Part shown: positions 26,290-35,799 of the stretch, in pieces | How positions within the stretch are numbered: position 1 is the stretch's first letter | Layout of the letters: every line of letters starts with the position of its first letter | DNA from: an uncultured Flavobacteriaceae bacterium | GTDB taxonomy: Bacteria; Bacteroidota; Bacteroidia; Flavobacteriales; Flavobacteriaceae | NCBI GenBank assembly: GCA_947493535.1 | Contig: CANLRK010000004.1 | Span: 34,950-98,949, forward strand | Length of the DNA: 64,000 nucleotides | Reading direction: 5' to 3' | The notes under the pieces: model-generated | Databases searched by the model: none | What the model saw: the letters and a program-made list of their open reading frames with translations, nothing else | What the model was told of the DNA's origin: nothing | Position numbers and translations under genes: made by a program

Positions 26290-27180
26290 TTAATACTGCC
26301 ATTGATCTAACTCGAAGTCACGAATTTTAGTTCGTATTCTGTCAGATTCTAATAATTGCATTAATGCATTATCAGGTATATAATCTTGTATTCTTCTATC
26401 TTGATATACGTTTTCTTCTTTATACATCATAGACCCAAATCGTCGAGCATTTAACATATGGTCAAAAGAAATTGGCATTGCCGTGTTTTTATTATTAAAA
26501 CACATTGCCTCATTTAGCACCTCACGTGTATCTGGGAAAAACACCCAGAAAGGCTCAATTAAATCTGGCTCATCAGAATCTAAAAAGAATACATCTGGTA
26601 CAACAGGACATAAAGCAATCATACGGTATTTTAATTCTCCTTGACGCTTGTCAAAATACCATAATCCTTTAATACGGTATTCTTTAACATCATAAGCAGT
26701 AATTCTAGTAGTATCAATATACTCTGGTGAAATAGGCTCACCAGCGTTATACTGCTCGTACCCTAAATCAAGTGTATCAATTTTTACCAAACCTTCCATT
26801 ACTTGATCAAAATTTTGCTTTCCTGTAAAATAAGAATCTGTATATAAGTTTTCTATCTTACCATTTTTAATGTTTTTCAATAAAACATCATATAAGCTTC
26901 TTCTTTCTTTACCAATATTCATGGTATCAACTGGGTAGTATAACGGAAAGTTAACTCTTTCATCCAAAACTATTTTTTCCCATACCATTTTAGACCAAAG
27001 CACATCTTTGTCATCAATAAAACCATATTCTAATGGCTTATTGTTGTCATAGTTTTTCTGAGCTTCAGTTTTAACACCAATTTCCTCAGGGCTATTAGCG
27101 TTTAAAAGATTATACTGAGCAAAAACTCCTTGAGTTAATGTTACCAATATAATTGTTACTAAAAAATTTCTCCAATTCAT
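26290..27180 (-). CDS. gldN: gliding motility / T9SS protein GldN (PorN)
   Basis: Signal peptide, about 300 aa, last gene of the K-L-M-N series. Sequence has typical GldN character (WSKMVWEKIVLDERVNFPLYYP). Confidence 0.9.
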   Translation of the reverse strand: MNWRNFLVTIILVTLTQGVFAQYNLLNANSPEEIGVKTEAQKNYDNNKPLEYGFIDDKDVLWSKMVWEKIVLDERVNFPLYYPVDTMNIGKERRSLYDVLLKNIKNGKIENLYTDSYFTGKQNFDQVMEGLVKIDTLDLGYEQYNAGEPISPEYIDTTRITAYDVKEYRIKGLWYFDKRQGELKYRMIALCPVVPDVFFLDSDEPDLIEPFWVFFPDTREVLNEAMCFNNKNTAMPISFDHMLNARRFGSMMYKEENVYQDRRIQDYIPDNALMQLLESDRIRTKIRDFELDQWQY

Positions 27181-27220
27181 TTTTTAAATATTTATTTTAT
27201 TACATCTCTGTAAACAAATA

Positions 27221-27255
27221 CTAAAACAGCTTAACCAACAGCTAAACTGTTTTAG
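27221..27255 (-). other. stem-loop in the gldM-gldN intergenic region
   Basis: CTAAAACAG-(17 nt)-CTGTTTTAG, a perfect 9-bp AT-rich stem. No clear U-tract follows. Confidence 0.4.
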
Positions 27256-27269
27256 CAATATAACTTTTC

Positions 27270-28820
27270 TTAGTTAGAAAGTTCAATAATACATGGTGAT
27301 GCATCTTTTAGTTTAATAGGACTTCCTACAACAGAAGCTTTTAAACCAAATATTTGTACTGCATCTCCTCTTTTAGCTCTTGCTAAAGCTGATTGTGCTC
27401 TTGCGTTTAACTTTCTACCATTACAAATAATTGTTGGTTGTCCTGGTACTTTAAACTTGAAAGAGTTTACTTTAAGTTTTAAGTCAAATACGAAGTCTTC
27501 TAATACCGCAGATACTGTAGCACTTTTTAAAGAGTTTTTAGACTTTTTAATTGCACCAGCTTGTCCACTAACTGCAGCTGCAGGACGTGGAATATCTTTA
27601 ATTCTAAATTTCTTCTTGTCAGAAACTTTAGAACCATCAGGTAAAGTACCAGTTACGTTAATAGAAACCTCTCTACCTTTACTTGGTGTCATTAAATATC
27701 CTTTACCAGATTTTCTTAATCCAGGTGCTGATGCATTAACTTTATCAGAAGAAATACCAGCAAAAGAGATTGTCATTGGGTTAGGAATACCACGGTAAAC
27801 AACATTCATTTTATCAGCAGAAATAGTAGCTGAATTTGGCTTAGGCACAACTGCATAAGAACTCTCGATAGCAACTTCTACTGGCTTACCATTTTCTAAG
27901 AAAACGAATTTACCTTTTAAGTCACGCTCTCCAACTGCTCCAGCAGGGAAGTCTAACACAACTCCACCATCTTTGAAGTTTTTCTTATCTACTTGCTCTC
28001 CATTAAGCTCTACGCTGTTAGGTTTTGTTGAATCATCAACACGTCCTAATACCACTCTACCTTTAAAGTTTTCTCCTGAGAAAAATGCAGTTTTTTCAGG
28101 GATTACAATTGCACGGTAGTTGCTAAAAGATAAAGCTTCTTCTTGCTTACCAGATAATAATCTAGATAATACTTCAGATTCTAAAGATTTAACATCGGAT
28201 TGCATAGCTGATAATTTAGCTAAAGACGCAATTGAAGGGAATCCTTTAAAGTTATAGTCTAACCATAACTTAGTAGCACCATCTTTTGCTTTAATAGGCT
28301 CAGTATTAAACTTAGACATCAAGATGTCTTTAAGAGCTTTATTTCCTTCACCTAATAATCCATTCATGTCATTACGGTACTTATCAAAAGCTGCAACAAC
28401 TTTTTCACCTTCATCTGACATTTTATCTCCTTTAAACCATTTCTCATCTACGTGATCACCTTTATCCATAGATTCGTATGGTAAAACTCCATCAACTTTA
28501 TCTTCCACGTAAGGTGCTTCTACTTGCTCCTTAACAGTTTCTAAATACGCATAAAAATCTTTAGATACCTTAGAGATGTTTTTTGCTTTAGAGTTAATTA
28601 CACTATACTGTTGAGGCTCATCCTTAGCCTTTTGAGCTATTTTAGATAAAAACTCGTCGTTTTTCTGTGCTGAAGTTTGGTTATTTTCAACAAACTTATC
28701 GTTCATGATACCAAATGCCGTCAATACCTCCTTTGACATATTTAATGCTAACATTGCTATTAGTACTAAATACATTAAGTTAATCATCTTCTGCCTTGGT
28801 GACAATTTTCCACTCGCCAT
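27270..28820 (-). CDS. gldM: gliding motility / T9SS protein GldM (PorM)
   Basis: N-terminus MASGKLSPRQKMINLMYLVLIAMLALNMSKEVL is the canonical GldM start/TM; 516 aa. Confidence 0.95.
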   Translation of the reverse strand: MASGKLSPRQKMINLMYLVLIAMLALNMSKEVLTAFGIMNDKFVENNQTSAQKNDEFLSKIAQKAKDEPQQYSVINSKAKNISKVSKDFYAYLETVKEQVEAPYVEDKVDGVLPYESMDKGDHVDEKWFKGDKMSDEGEKVVAAFDKYRNDMNGLLGEGNKALKDILMSKFNTEPIKAKDGATKLWLDYNFKGFPSIASLAKLSAMQSDVKSLESEVLSRLLSGKQEEALSFSNYRAIVIPEKTAFFSGENFKGRVVLGRVDDSTKPNSVELNGEQVDKKNFKDGGVVLDFPAGAVGERDLKGKFVFLENGKPVEVAIESSYAVVPKPNSATISADKMNVVYRGIPNPMTISFAGISSDKVNASAPGLRKSGKGYLMTPSKGREVSINVTGTLPDGSKVSDKKKFRIKDIPRPAAAVSGQAGAIKKSKNSLKSATVSAVLEDFVFDLKLKVNSFKFKVPGQPTIICNGRKLNARAQSALARAKRGDAVQIFGLKASVVGSPIKLKDASPCIIELSN

Positions 28821-28872
28821 ATTCTAATTAGTTTTAAAATTAATAAATAATACTTTTAGTTTTAAAAACTAA

Positions 28873-29511
28873 TTACTTGTTGCTTGTCATTGCAGATAAC
28901 ATTCCACCATATACTCCGTTTAAAGAAGATAAGTTAGATGTTAACGACTCCATTTGAGCTTTTAATCCTTCAGCGTTTTCAGCTGCAGCTTTGTTAGCTT
29001 CTGCTTGACGTGCAGCAGATTCCATTTGAACTTTGTATAATGAATTTAACGATTCCATTTGTCCAGCTGCTAATGACATTTGCTCAGAGTATTTTTTAGT
29101 TGCTGCGATAGAATCAACTGCTGGTTGAATATTATCAGCTGCACCTTTGAAGTTTTGGATAGATGTACTTAAAGAAGACATTAAACCAGCGTCTAGCTTA
29201 GCTTCTTTTAACATATCATCTAATTTTTGAGATAACATGCTTTGTGCGTCTCCTTTAACTTCTTTTGATTTCTTTCCAGAAGATTGTCCTCCTGCTAATT
29301 CAGGGTATACTAACGACCAGTCTAATTCTTCGTGTACTGGTTCAAATGCAGATAATGCGAAAATACAAGCCTCAGCTCCTAATCCGATAATAAGCATTGC
29401 AGATGCTCCTGGCCAGTGCATTAATTTAAATAACGCTCCTAAAATTACAACTGCAGCTCCTAATCCGTAAGCCATTGCCATAAATCTTTTGTATCCTTTT
29501 GATTGTGCCAT
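28873..29511 (-). CDS. gldL: gliding motility / T9SS protein GldL (PorL)
   Basis: Two N-terminal TM helices (YGLGAAVVILGALFKLMHWPGA..., with a conserved Glu in GLGAEACIF) and a coiled-coil tail. Confidence 0.95.
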   Translation of the reverse strand: MAQSKGYKRFMAMAYGLGAAVVILGALFKLMHWPGASAMLIIGLGAEACIFALSAFEPVHEELDWSLVYPELAGGQSSGKKSKEVKGDAQSMLSQKLDDMLKEAKLDAGLMSSLSTSIQNFKGAADNIQPAVDSIAATKKYSEQMSLAAGQMESLNSLYKVQMESAARQAEANKAAAENAEGLKAQMESLTSNLSSLNGVYGGMLSAMTSNK

Positions 29512-29576
29512 AATAAATAGTTTTTAGTTTAAGTTAAGTTAATAATAAATTTGTTGGTTATAATTAATAGTTAATA

Positions 29577-30971
29577 TTATCTAGCTGAGTTTTTAGATGG
29601 GGTAACATCTGTTCCCATATAATCCTGAACAGTTCTAAACCCTACATAACTTCTTGCAGAATCTGCATATTCAAAATCACGTGAACTTACTTGTAAGAAA
29701 AAAGCAACATCTTTCCATGAACCTCCACGGATTACTTTACGCATGTTTTTCTTATCATTCACACTTGGGTTCATCGTTGACATGTATTCGTAAGCGTTAG
29801 CCTCATAAGAGGATGCTGTCCACTCAGATACATTACCCGCCATATTATACAAGTTGTAATCATTTGGCTGATAAGCATCTGCCTCTACAGTATATAATGC
29901 TTGATCTGCAGCATAATCTCCCCTTAAAGGTTTGAAGTTCGCTAAGAAACACCCTCTATCATTTTTAGCATAAGGACCTCCCCATGGGTATGTAGCCCCA
30001 GCCAATCCTCCACGAGCAGCATATTCCCACTCTGCTTCAGAAGGTAATCTGAATCCATTTACATGTGATCTTCCTTTTTTGATAGATGCATTTTTATTTA
30101 ATGTTCTCCAGTCACAAAATGCTTTTGCTTGTTCCCAAGACACACCTACAACAGGGTAATCTCCATAAGCATCGTGCCAGAAATAATCGTTGTGCATTGG
30201 CTCATTATAAGAGTATGCAAAATCTCTAATCCAAGCAGTTGTATCAGGATACACCTCTACTGTATCTGTTCTAATAAAATCTCTTCTTCTTTTTCCTTTA
30301 TTCTTTGCCTTAGCAGCCTCTTCAATATCTAACCACTTGTAACGGTAAACGAATTTCTTAACATCCCAAGGACGGTTCCCATTAAAAGCCTCATCTATTG
30401 GCAAGTACATTGTATCCATTACTTCAGAATAGTACTCATCTGGATAATCATCTGTATCATAAATTAAATCGACATCATGATTCAATTTTCTTCCTTCATA
30501 CCCATCCATCAAACTATAATAGTTATCCAACATGTACTTATCCCACACGCTTAAATCAGTAGTATCTGCATCTTTAAATGCAAACTGACCTATTCCAGCG
30601 TCTTTACTTTTTGAACCAGAGTCATCCATTCCTGTTTCTCCTAACTCATCTGCTAAAATTGCCAATCTTGTTCTTACTATCGAGTCTCTTACCCAAAAAA
30701 CAAATTGTCTATACTCACTATTAGTAATCTCTGTTTCGTCCATATAAAACGAACGTACAGTTACTGTTTTAGCCGGAGCATCTTGTAGAGCAGGTCTATC
30801 CTCATCAGATTTACCCATGGTAAAAGAACCTCCTGGAACTAATGACATTCCGTAAGGTTTTTCAGGATGCCATTTCTTACCCTTAACACCTACTAGTTCA
30901 CCATTAGAACTTTTGCTGCTACAACTTGTAAGAAGTGCAAAAACCATTGCAAACAAAATAAACTTCTTCAT
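29577..30971 (-). CDS. gldK: gliding motility / T9SS lipoprotein GldK (PorK)
   Basis: Lipobox LLTSC plus an FGE-sulfatase/SUMF1-like domain (PVVGVSWEQAKAFCDW, RLPSEAEWEYAARGG, RGGSW). Confidence 0.95.
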   Translation of the reverse strand: MKKFILFAMVFALLTSCSSKSSNGELVGVKGKKWHPEKPYGMSLVPGGSFTMGKSDEDRPALQDAPAKTVTVRSFYMDETEITNSEYRQFVFWVRDSIVRTRLAILADELGETGMDDSGSKSKDAGIGQFAFKDADTTDLSVWDKYMLDNYYSLMDGYEGRKLNHDVDLIYDTDDYPDEYYSEVMDTMYLPIDEAFNGNRPWDVKKFVYRYKWLDIEEAAKAKNKGKRRRDFIRTDTVEVYPDTTAWIRDFAYSYNEPMHNDYFWHDAYGDYPVVGVSWEQAKAFCDWRTLNKNASIKKGRSHVNGFRLPSEAEWEYAARGGLAGATYPWGGPYAKNDRGCFLANFKPLRGDYAADQALYTVEADAYQPNDYNLYNMAGNVSEWTASSYEANAYEYMSTMNPSVNDKKNMRKVIRGGSWKDVAFFLQVSSRDFEYADSARSYVGFRTVQDYMGTDVTPSKNSAR

Positions 30972-31137
30972 AGAATTGATGTCTTATATTAATATGATAT
31001 TATTTTCAAAGGCGTAAACATATCTATATATTTTCTAAAAAACAACTTTTAACTAAAAAAATGTAGTGCTATACTGTAAAAAAAGACTGCTTTTTGACAT
31101 AAAAAACACACTTTTAATCGAGTAAAGCCGAAAATAT

Positions 31138-32304
31138 CTAAATCAAATTTTTCCTAAATGCTTTATAAATTCTCTTTGGAATTTGTTGATCACAAGCTAT
31201 TAAATAATCTTCTTGCGTGCAAGATAATAACGAATGTTTTTTAATATTATTATTTTCTTGTTCATTATCAGGCAATTTCACCCACCACCTATTACTTATT
31301 TGGCTTTCATAAAACACAAAATCATAATCTTGTGATGGTACAATATATTTTTTATATGCATTATCTGCACTCAAGGAAGGCTCAACTATTCTACAATGTA
31401 CTCCTTCTATAAAATACCACAACATTTGCGCTATTAACATAACTCCTGAAGCAGACATTTTAGCATTCATCTCAAAAACACCAAAACTTGACACGGTATT
31501 ACTAACCCCTGCATACCGAGCAATTGCACAAGCTTCCTTGCCTGTGAAACCATTTGGAGATCGATAACCTATTCCGCTTGACAGCTCTGAAGCTTGTATT
31601 GAAGCAATATCGAAACTTACCAAATCAGCATCTCGAGTTAGAGGCTCAATCAAACTCAAGTTATTAGTTACTTCCCCCAAGCGGTACGCCTCAAAATACA
31701 ATTTTTCTAATAAATCTATTTCTTCTTGTGAGTTATAATAGGTTTGAAATCCAATATTTGAGAAGTTTATAAGATTATTAGGCTCGTCAACAATTATACT
31801 ATTCATATAATTGTTATTCTTTATACCTTCTGAGGGATCTTTTAAATCAAATTTTGCATCAACACTTACCATGTTTACCATTTGATCAAGATTATCATAC
31901 GCACGATACATACCATAAGACAAATCTTGAGAACCTCCTAAAACAAACGGTATTGCCCCAAGCTTAATTACAGCCTCCACCACTTTTTTTAAAGCAAAGT
32001 ACGTATCCGCAACTGTCTCACCTGGCTTAATATCTCCTGCATCTACTATTTCCGCACTCCAATTACCCGGAAAAAGTTCTACAAAAGCTTTACGAAATTC
32101 ATTAAACGACAACTTTTCTCCTAAGTAATTAATATCATTCCTATTTTCCAACACCCCAATTATCACAACACTCCCTTTTTTTATTTCAGGAAATTCTGAT
32201 TCTTTTTGATAAAAGGAAATAACATTTCCTAATGATTGCTTGTCTTGCAGCTTAGCATGTGCCACAACCTCTTTCGCAACCGGTGATAGAAAATCTAATG
32301 TCAT
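31138..32304 (-). CDS. arginase/formiminoglutamase-fold protein, metal ligands apparently degenerate
   Basis: 388 aa with ureohydrolase-like layout (…VLGGSQDLSYG…, …VSVDAKFDL…, …LVSFDIASIQ…). These sit where GGDHS, DAHxD and SxDxD are expected. Start shares 1 nt with the topA stop (TAATG). Confidence 0.55.
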   Translation of the reverse strand: MTLDFLSPVAKEVVAHAKLQDKQSLGNVISFYQKESEFPEIKKGSVVIIGVLENRNDINYLGEKLSFNEFRKAFVELFPGNWSAEIVDAGDIKPGETVADTYFALKKVVEAVIKLGAIPFVLGGSQDLSYGMYRAYDNLDQMVNMVSVDAKFDLKDPSEGIKNNNYMNSIIVDEPNNLINFSNIGFQTYYNSQEEIDLLEKLYFEAYRLGEVTNNLSLIEPLTRDADLVSFDIASIQASELSSGIGYRSPNGFTGKEACAIARYAGVSNTVSSFGVFEMNAKMSASGVMLIAQMLWYFIEGVHCRIVEPSLSADNAYKKYIVPSQDYDFVFYESQISNRWWVKLPDNEQENNNIKKHSLLSCTQEDYLIACDQQIPKRIYKAFRKNLI

Positions 32305-34805
32305 TATTTTTTAGTAGTTTTTTTCTTTGCTGTTGTTTTTCTTTTTACCGCCTTCTTCTTAGGTGTTTTAGCAGCTATCAATTCTTGAGCTTTTTCGATA
32401 GTTATCTCAGAAACATCAACTGTTTTTGGTAGTTCAACCTTAACCTTTCCTTGTATAATATTATGACGGCCCCAACGTGCTTTTTCAATACGAATTCCTT
32501 CATCTTCCCAATTTACAACAAGTTTATCTATTTCTTTTTGCTTTTTAGCTTCAATCAACTCTTCCATATCAGCCGTTGATAAATTATCGTAATCGTATTT
32601 CTTGTTTACGTTTATAAATATACTATTCCATTTGATAAATGGCCCAAAACGCCCCACGCCTTTAGTCACCTCATGCCCTTCATAGTTATGCACAGGAGCA
32701 TCTGCCTTTTTCTTAGCCTCTATAAGCTCAATAGCTCTATCCATATCTACATCCATGGCGTTTTCTCCCTTAGCCAACGACACGTATTTTGCACCAAACT
32801 TTATATATGGCCCAAAACGACCGTTACTCACAATTACCTCTTCTCCATCATACTCCCCTAATGTTTTCGGAAGCCTAAACAAATCCAGAGCCTCTTCAAA
32901 TGTAATTGTTGACAAACTTTGATCTTCAGTTAAACTTGCAAACAACGGTTTTTCTTCATCTTCTACTACACCAATCTGAACCATAGCTCCAAACCTACCT
33001 AAACGCACACTTACACGACGTCCAGTTTCTGGATGAACTCCTAAAATACGCTCACCATTTCCTCTTTCGGCATTTTCTTGCACATCTATTACTTGCGGAT
33101 GAAAAGAAGTGTAAAACTCTTTCATCATATGCTTCCAGTCCTCATCACCAGATGCAATTTTATCAAAGGTAGCTTCTACATTAGCCGTGAAGTTATAATC
33201 TAAAATATTCTCAAAGTTATCAACCAGAAAATCATTAACAATCATTCCTATATCTGTAGGCACTAATTTCCCTTTATCTGACCCTACTCTTTCCGTTAAT
33301 TCTTTTTCAACTATTTTACTATTCTCTAACAGCAATTGTTTATAGGTACGTTCTACACCTTCAACCTGACCTTTTTCTACGTAATTTCTATTTTGAATGG
33401 TAGAAATTGTTGGCGCATATGTAGATGGACGCCCAATACCTAACTCTTCCAAACGATTTACCAACGAAGCTTCTGTAAATCGATACGGTGCTCGCGTAAA
33501 ACGTTCTGTAGCCGTAATGTATTGATTCTGTAAACGATCATCGATTTTCATTACAGGCAACATTCCATCTTGCTCTTCCTCTTCATCATCGTTTCCTTCT
33601 AAATATACCTTTAAGAATCCTTCAAACTTAATCATTTCACCATTTGCTGCAAACTGATTATTGTGAGTTGAAGCAGCAACTTTAACCGTTGTTTTTTCTA
33701 ACTGAGCATCACTCATTTGCGATGCAAGAGTACGCTTCCAAATCAAATCGTATAATCGCGATTGATCTCGCTCTAAGTCAACCGAATGACGACTCATATC
33801 TGTAGGACGAATAGCCTCGTGTGCCTCTTGAGCTCCTTTGTTTTTGGTAGCAAAATTTCGTGTTTGACTAAACTCTTTCCCGTAATAGTTTTCAATCTCA
33901 ATTTTAGCTGCTTCCAGAGCCTCTCCTGATAGATTCACACTATCTGTTCTCATATATGTTATCAACCCTTGCTCATACAAACGCTGTGCTACTTGCATGG
34001 TTCTACTAACAGAAAAATACAACTTCCTTGATGCTTCTTGCTGTAAAGTTGATGTGGTAAAAGGCGCTGCTGGCGATTTTTTTGCTGGTTTTTGTATTAA
34101 GTCTGCTACCGAGAATTCTGCAGCACTATTTTTATCTAAAAACGCTTGTGCTTCTTCTTTTGTAGCAAAATCTTTCGGAAGTTTTGCTTTAAACTTCTTC
34201 CCATCAACTGTAGCGAATTCTGCCACCACCTTATATGATGCTACTGGTGTAAAAGCTTCTATTTCTCTTTCGCGCTCTACAATTAACCTAACCGATACCG
34301 ATTGAACCCTACCTGCAGACAAGCCTCTTTTAACTTTTCGCCATAATACAGGTGAAAGTTCATAACCTACTAACCTATCTAATACACGACGTGCTTGTTG
34401 TGCATTGACTAAATTATAATCTATTTCCCTTGGATTCTCAATAGCAGTGGTTACTGCTTTTTTGGTAATGGAATTAAATACAATCCGTTTGGTTTTTTCT
34501 TTATCTAATTTTAACGTTTCGGCTAAATGCCACGCTATAGCTTCTCCTTCACGATCCTCATCGGAAGCTAACCATACTGTATCAGCTTCTTTAGCAAGAG
34601 ATTTCAACTTTTTTACCACCGCTTTTTTATCGGTGGAAACAATGTATTTCGGATCAAAATCTCCTTCTACATCTACCCCTAACTCTTTTGAAGGCAAATC
34701 AGCTATATGCCCATAACTCGACTCAACTTTAAAATCTTTTCCTAAAAATTTTTCTATCGTTTTCGCCTTAGCAGGAGACTCTACTATTACCAAATTCTTT
34801 GCCAT
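32304..34805 (-). CDS. topA: DNA topoisomerase I
   Basis: TOPRIM start MAKNLVIVESPAKAKTIEKFLG, active-site region ITYMRTDS, C-terminal repeats, and a Lys-rich tail. The ORF-track start at 34808 is a TTG; the adjacent ATG at 34805 is used. Confidence 0.95.
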   Translation of the reverse strand: MAKNLVIVESPAKAKTIEKFLGKDFKVESSYGHIADLPSKELGVDVEGDFDPKYIVSTDKKAVVKKLKSLAKEADTVWLASDEDREGEAIAWHLAETLKLDKEKTKRIVFNSITKKAVTTAIENPREIDYNLVNAQQARRVLDRLVGYELSPVLWRKVKRGLSAGRVQSVSVRLIVEREREIEAFTPVASYKVVAEFATVDGKKFKAKLPKDFATKEEAQAFLDKNSAAEFSVADLIQKPAKKSPAAPFTTSTLQQEASRKLYFSVSRTMQVAQRLYEQGLITYMRTDSVNLSGEALEAAKIEIENYYGKEFSQTRNFATKNKGAQEAHEAIRPTDMSRHSVDLERDQSRLYDLIWKRTLASQMSDAQLEKTTVKVAASTHNNQFAANGEMIKFEGFLKVYLEGNDDEEEEQDGMLPVMKIDDRLQNQYITATERFTRAPYRFTEASLVNRLEELGIGRPSTYAPTISTIQNRNYVEKGQVEGVERTYKQLLLENSKIVEKELTERVGSDKGKLVPTDIGMIVNDFLVDNFENILDYNFTANVEATFDKIASGDEDWKHMMKEFYTSFHPQVIDVQENAERGNGERILGVHPETGRRVSVRLGRFGAMVQIGVVEDEEKPLFASLTEDQSLSTITFEEALDLFRLPKTLGEYDGEEVIVSNGRFGPYIKFGAKYVSLAKGENAMDVDMDRAIELIEAKKKADAPVHNYEGHEVTKGVGRFGPFIKWNSIFINVNKKYDYDNLSTADMEELIEAKKQKEIDKLVVNWEDEGIRIEKARWGRHNIIQGKVKVELPKTVDVSEITIEKAQELIAAKTPKKKAVKRKTTAKKKTTKK

Positions 34806-34827
34806 CAATTCCCTTTTTTAGATTTTG

Positions 34828-34835
34828 CAAAAGTA
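34828..34835 (-). promoter_or_regulatory. Bacteroidota -7 box (minus strand TACTTTTG) upstream of topA
   Basis: Plus strand CAAAAGTA, 23 bp upstream of the topA ATG at 34805. Confidence 0.4.
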
Positions 34836-34855
34836 TATCAAAAATTCGTATTCCT

Positions 34856-34898
34856 AAAAAAAAACTGTTTTTAACGCTTTTTCTCACGCTAAAAACAG
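34856..34898 (-). terminator. rho-independent terminator after membrane-protein gene 34929..35687
   Basis: CTGTTTTTAACG-(10 nt)-CGCTAAAAACAG (12-bp stem, 1 mismatch). Followed on the minus strand by a 9-nt U-tract. Confidence 0.7.
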
Positions 34899-34928
34899 TC
34901 TCTTTTTCAACTATTTATTTATCGTTTA

Positions 34929-35687
34929 TTACCTTTCAACTTCTATTCTTTCATTTTCAAAACCAACGGTTTCTTTATACACTAAATATGTTGGTAAATA
35001 CACAAATGAAGCTGTTGCAAATATACCTATACCACATAAGAGCAACCCTACAATTTCAGCAAGCAATGATGCTACTATAATTAAACCAAAAGTAAGCAAC
35101 CATTTTTTGGTTCCTAATTTAAAACTCAGCTTTAATATGTCTCCGACAGACAACTCAGGATTAAAAGCAAAAAATACTACCACTAATGTTAAAGGCACCA
35201 TAACAAAAAACAATGGTAAATAACATGCTAAGGTTGCAGCAATAGCAATCAGCATTGTTAGTATTGAAAGTACAAAAGCTTTACTTATATATTGCGATTT
35301 AAAAAACATTGCAAATGAAGCAGTGCTTGCAGACTCACCCAAATCAATTTGCTTTACAATTCTATAAAACGCAGCATTTAATAGCATTGACAAAACAGAA
35401 GCCGCAAAAATAGCGGGTATCATTAATAAATACACCCCTATAATAGCTCTAAAATCTGGGTTACCATTTTCAAGACTTTCAAACGATGATGGATCAATAA
35501 CACCTGCCACAAACATTGGCACCAATATAATTGCCATAACCCCAAGCACTATAGCTACTGACAACAACATATACAACAAACCTTGTTGCCATGTTTTCTT
35601 AAAAAGCTCAAAGGATTTATTAAAAATATCACCAAAATCCAACGGTTTATTTTCTTCTATTTTTTGTTCAATTTGTGAAAAATTCAT
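34929..35687 (-). CDS. hypothetical polytopic membrane protein
   Basis: About 5-6 hydrophobic helices. No motif recognised. Has its own terminator at 34856-34898. Confidence 0.55.
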   Translation of the reverse strand: MNFSQIEQKIEENKPLDFGDIFNKSFELFKKTWQQGLLYMLLSVAIVLGVMAIILVPMFVAGVIDPSSFESLENGNPDFRAIIGVYLLMIPAIFAASVLSMLLNAAFYRIVKQIDLGESASTASFAMFFKSQYISKAFVLSILTMLIAIAATLACYLPLFFVMVPLTLVVVFFAFNPELSVGDILKLSFKLGTKKWLLTFGLIIVASLLAEIVGLLLCGIGIFATASFVYLPTYLVYKETVGFENERIEVER

Positions 35688-35763
35688 TCTAATTTCAATT
35701 AAGTTAGTCGTGCTAATATATATAATTTTTTTCTGCCACTTTGTCAGAATATGATTTTAGCAC

Positions 35764-35771
35764 TATCTTTG
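35764..35771 (+). promoter_or_regulatory. Bacteroidota -7 box TATCTTTG upstream of miaB
   Basis: Exact TAnnTTTG. A TTG at 35741-35743 lies 20 nt upstream (candidate -33). The ATG at 35800 is 28 nt downstream. Confidence 0.5.
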
Positions 35772-35799
35772 CAAATCAATTTTGAGAGAAATATACCAA

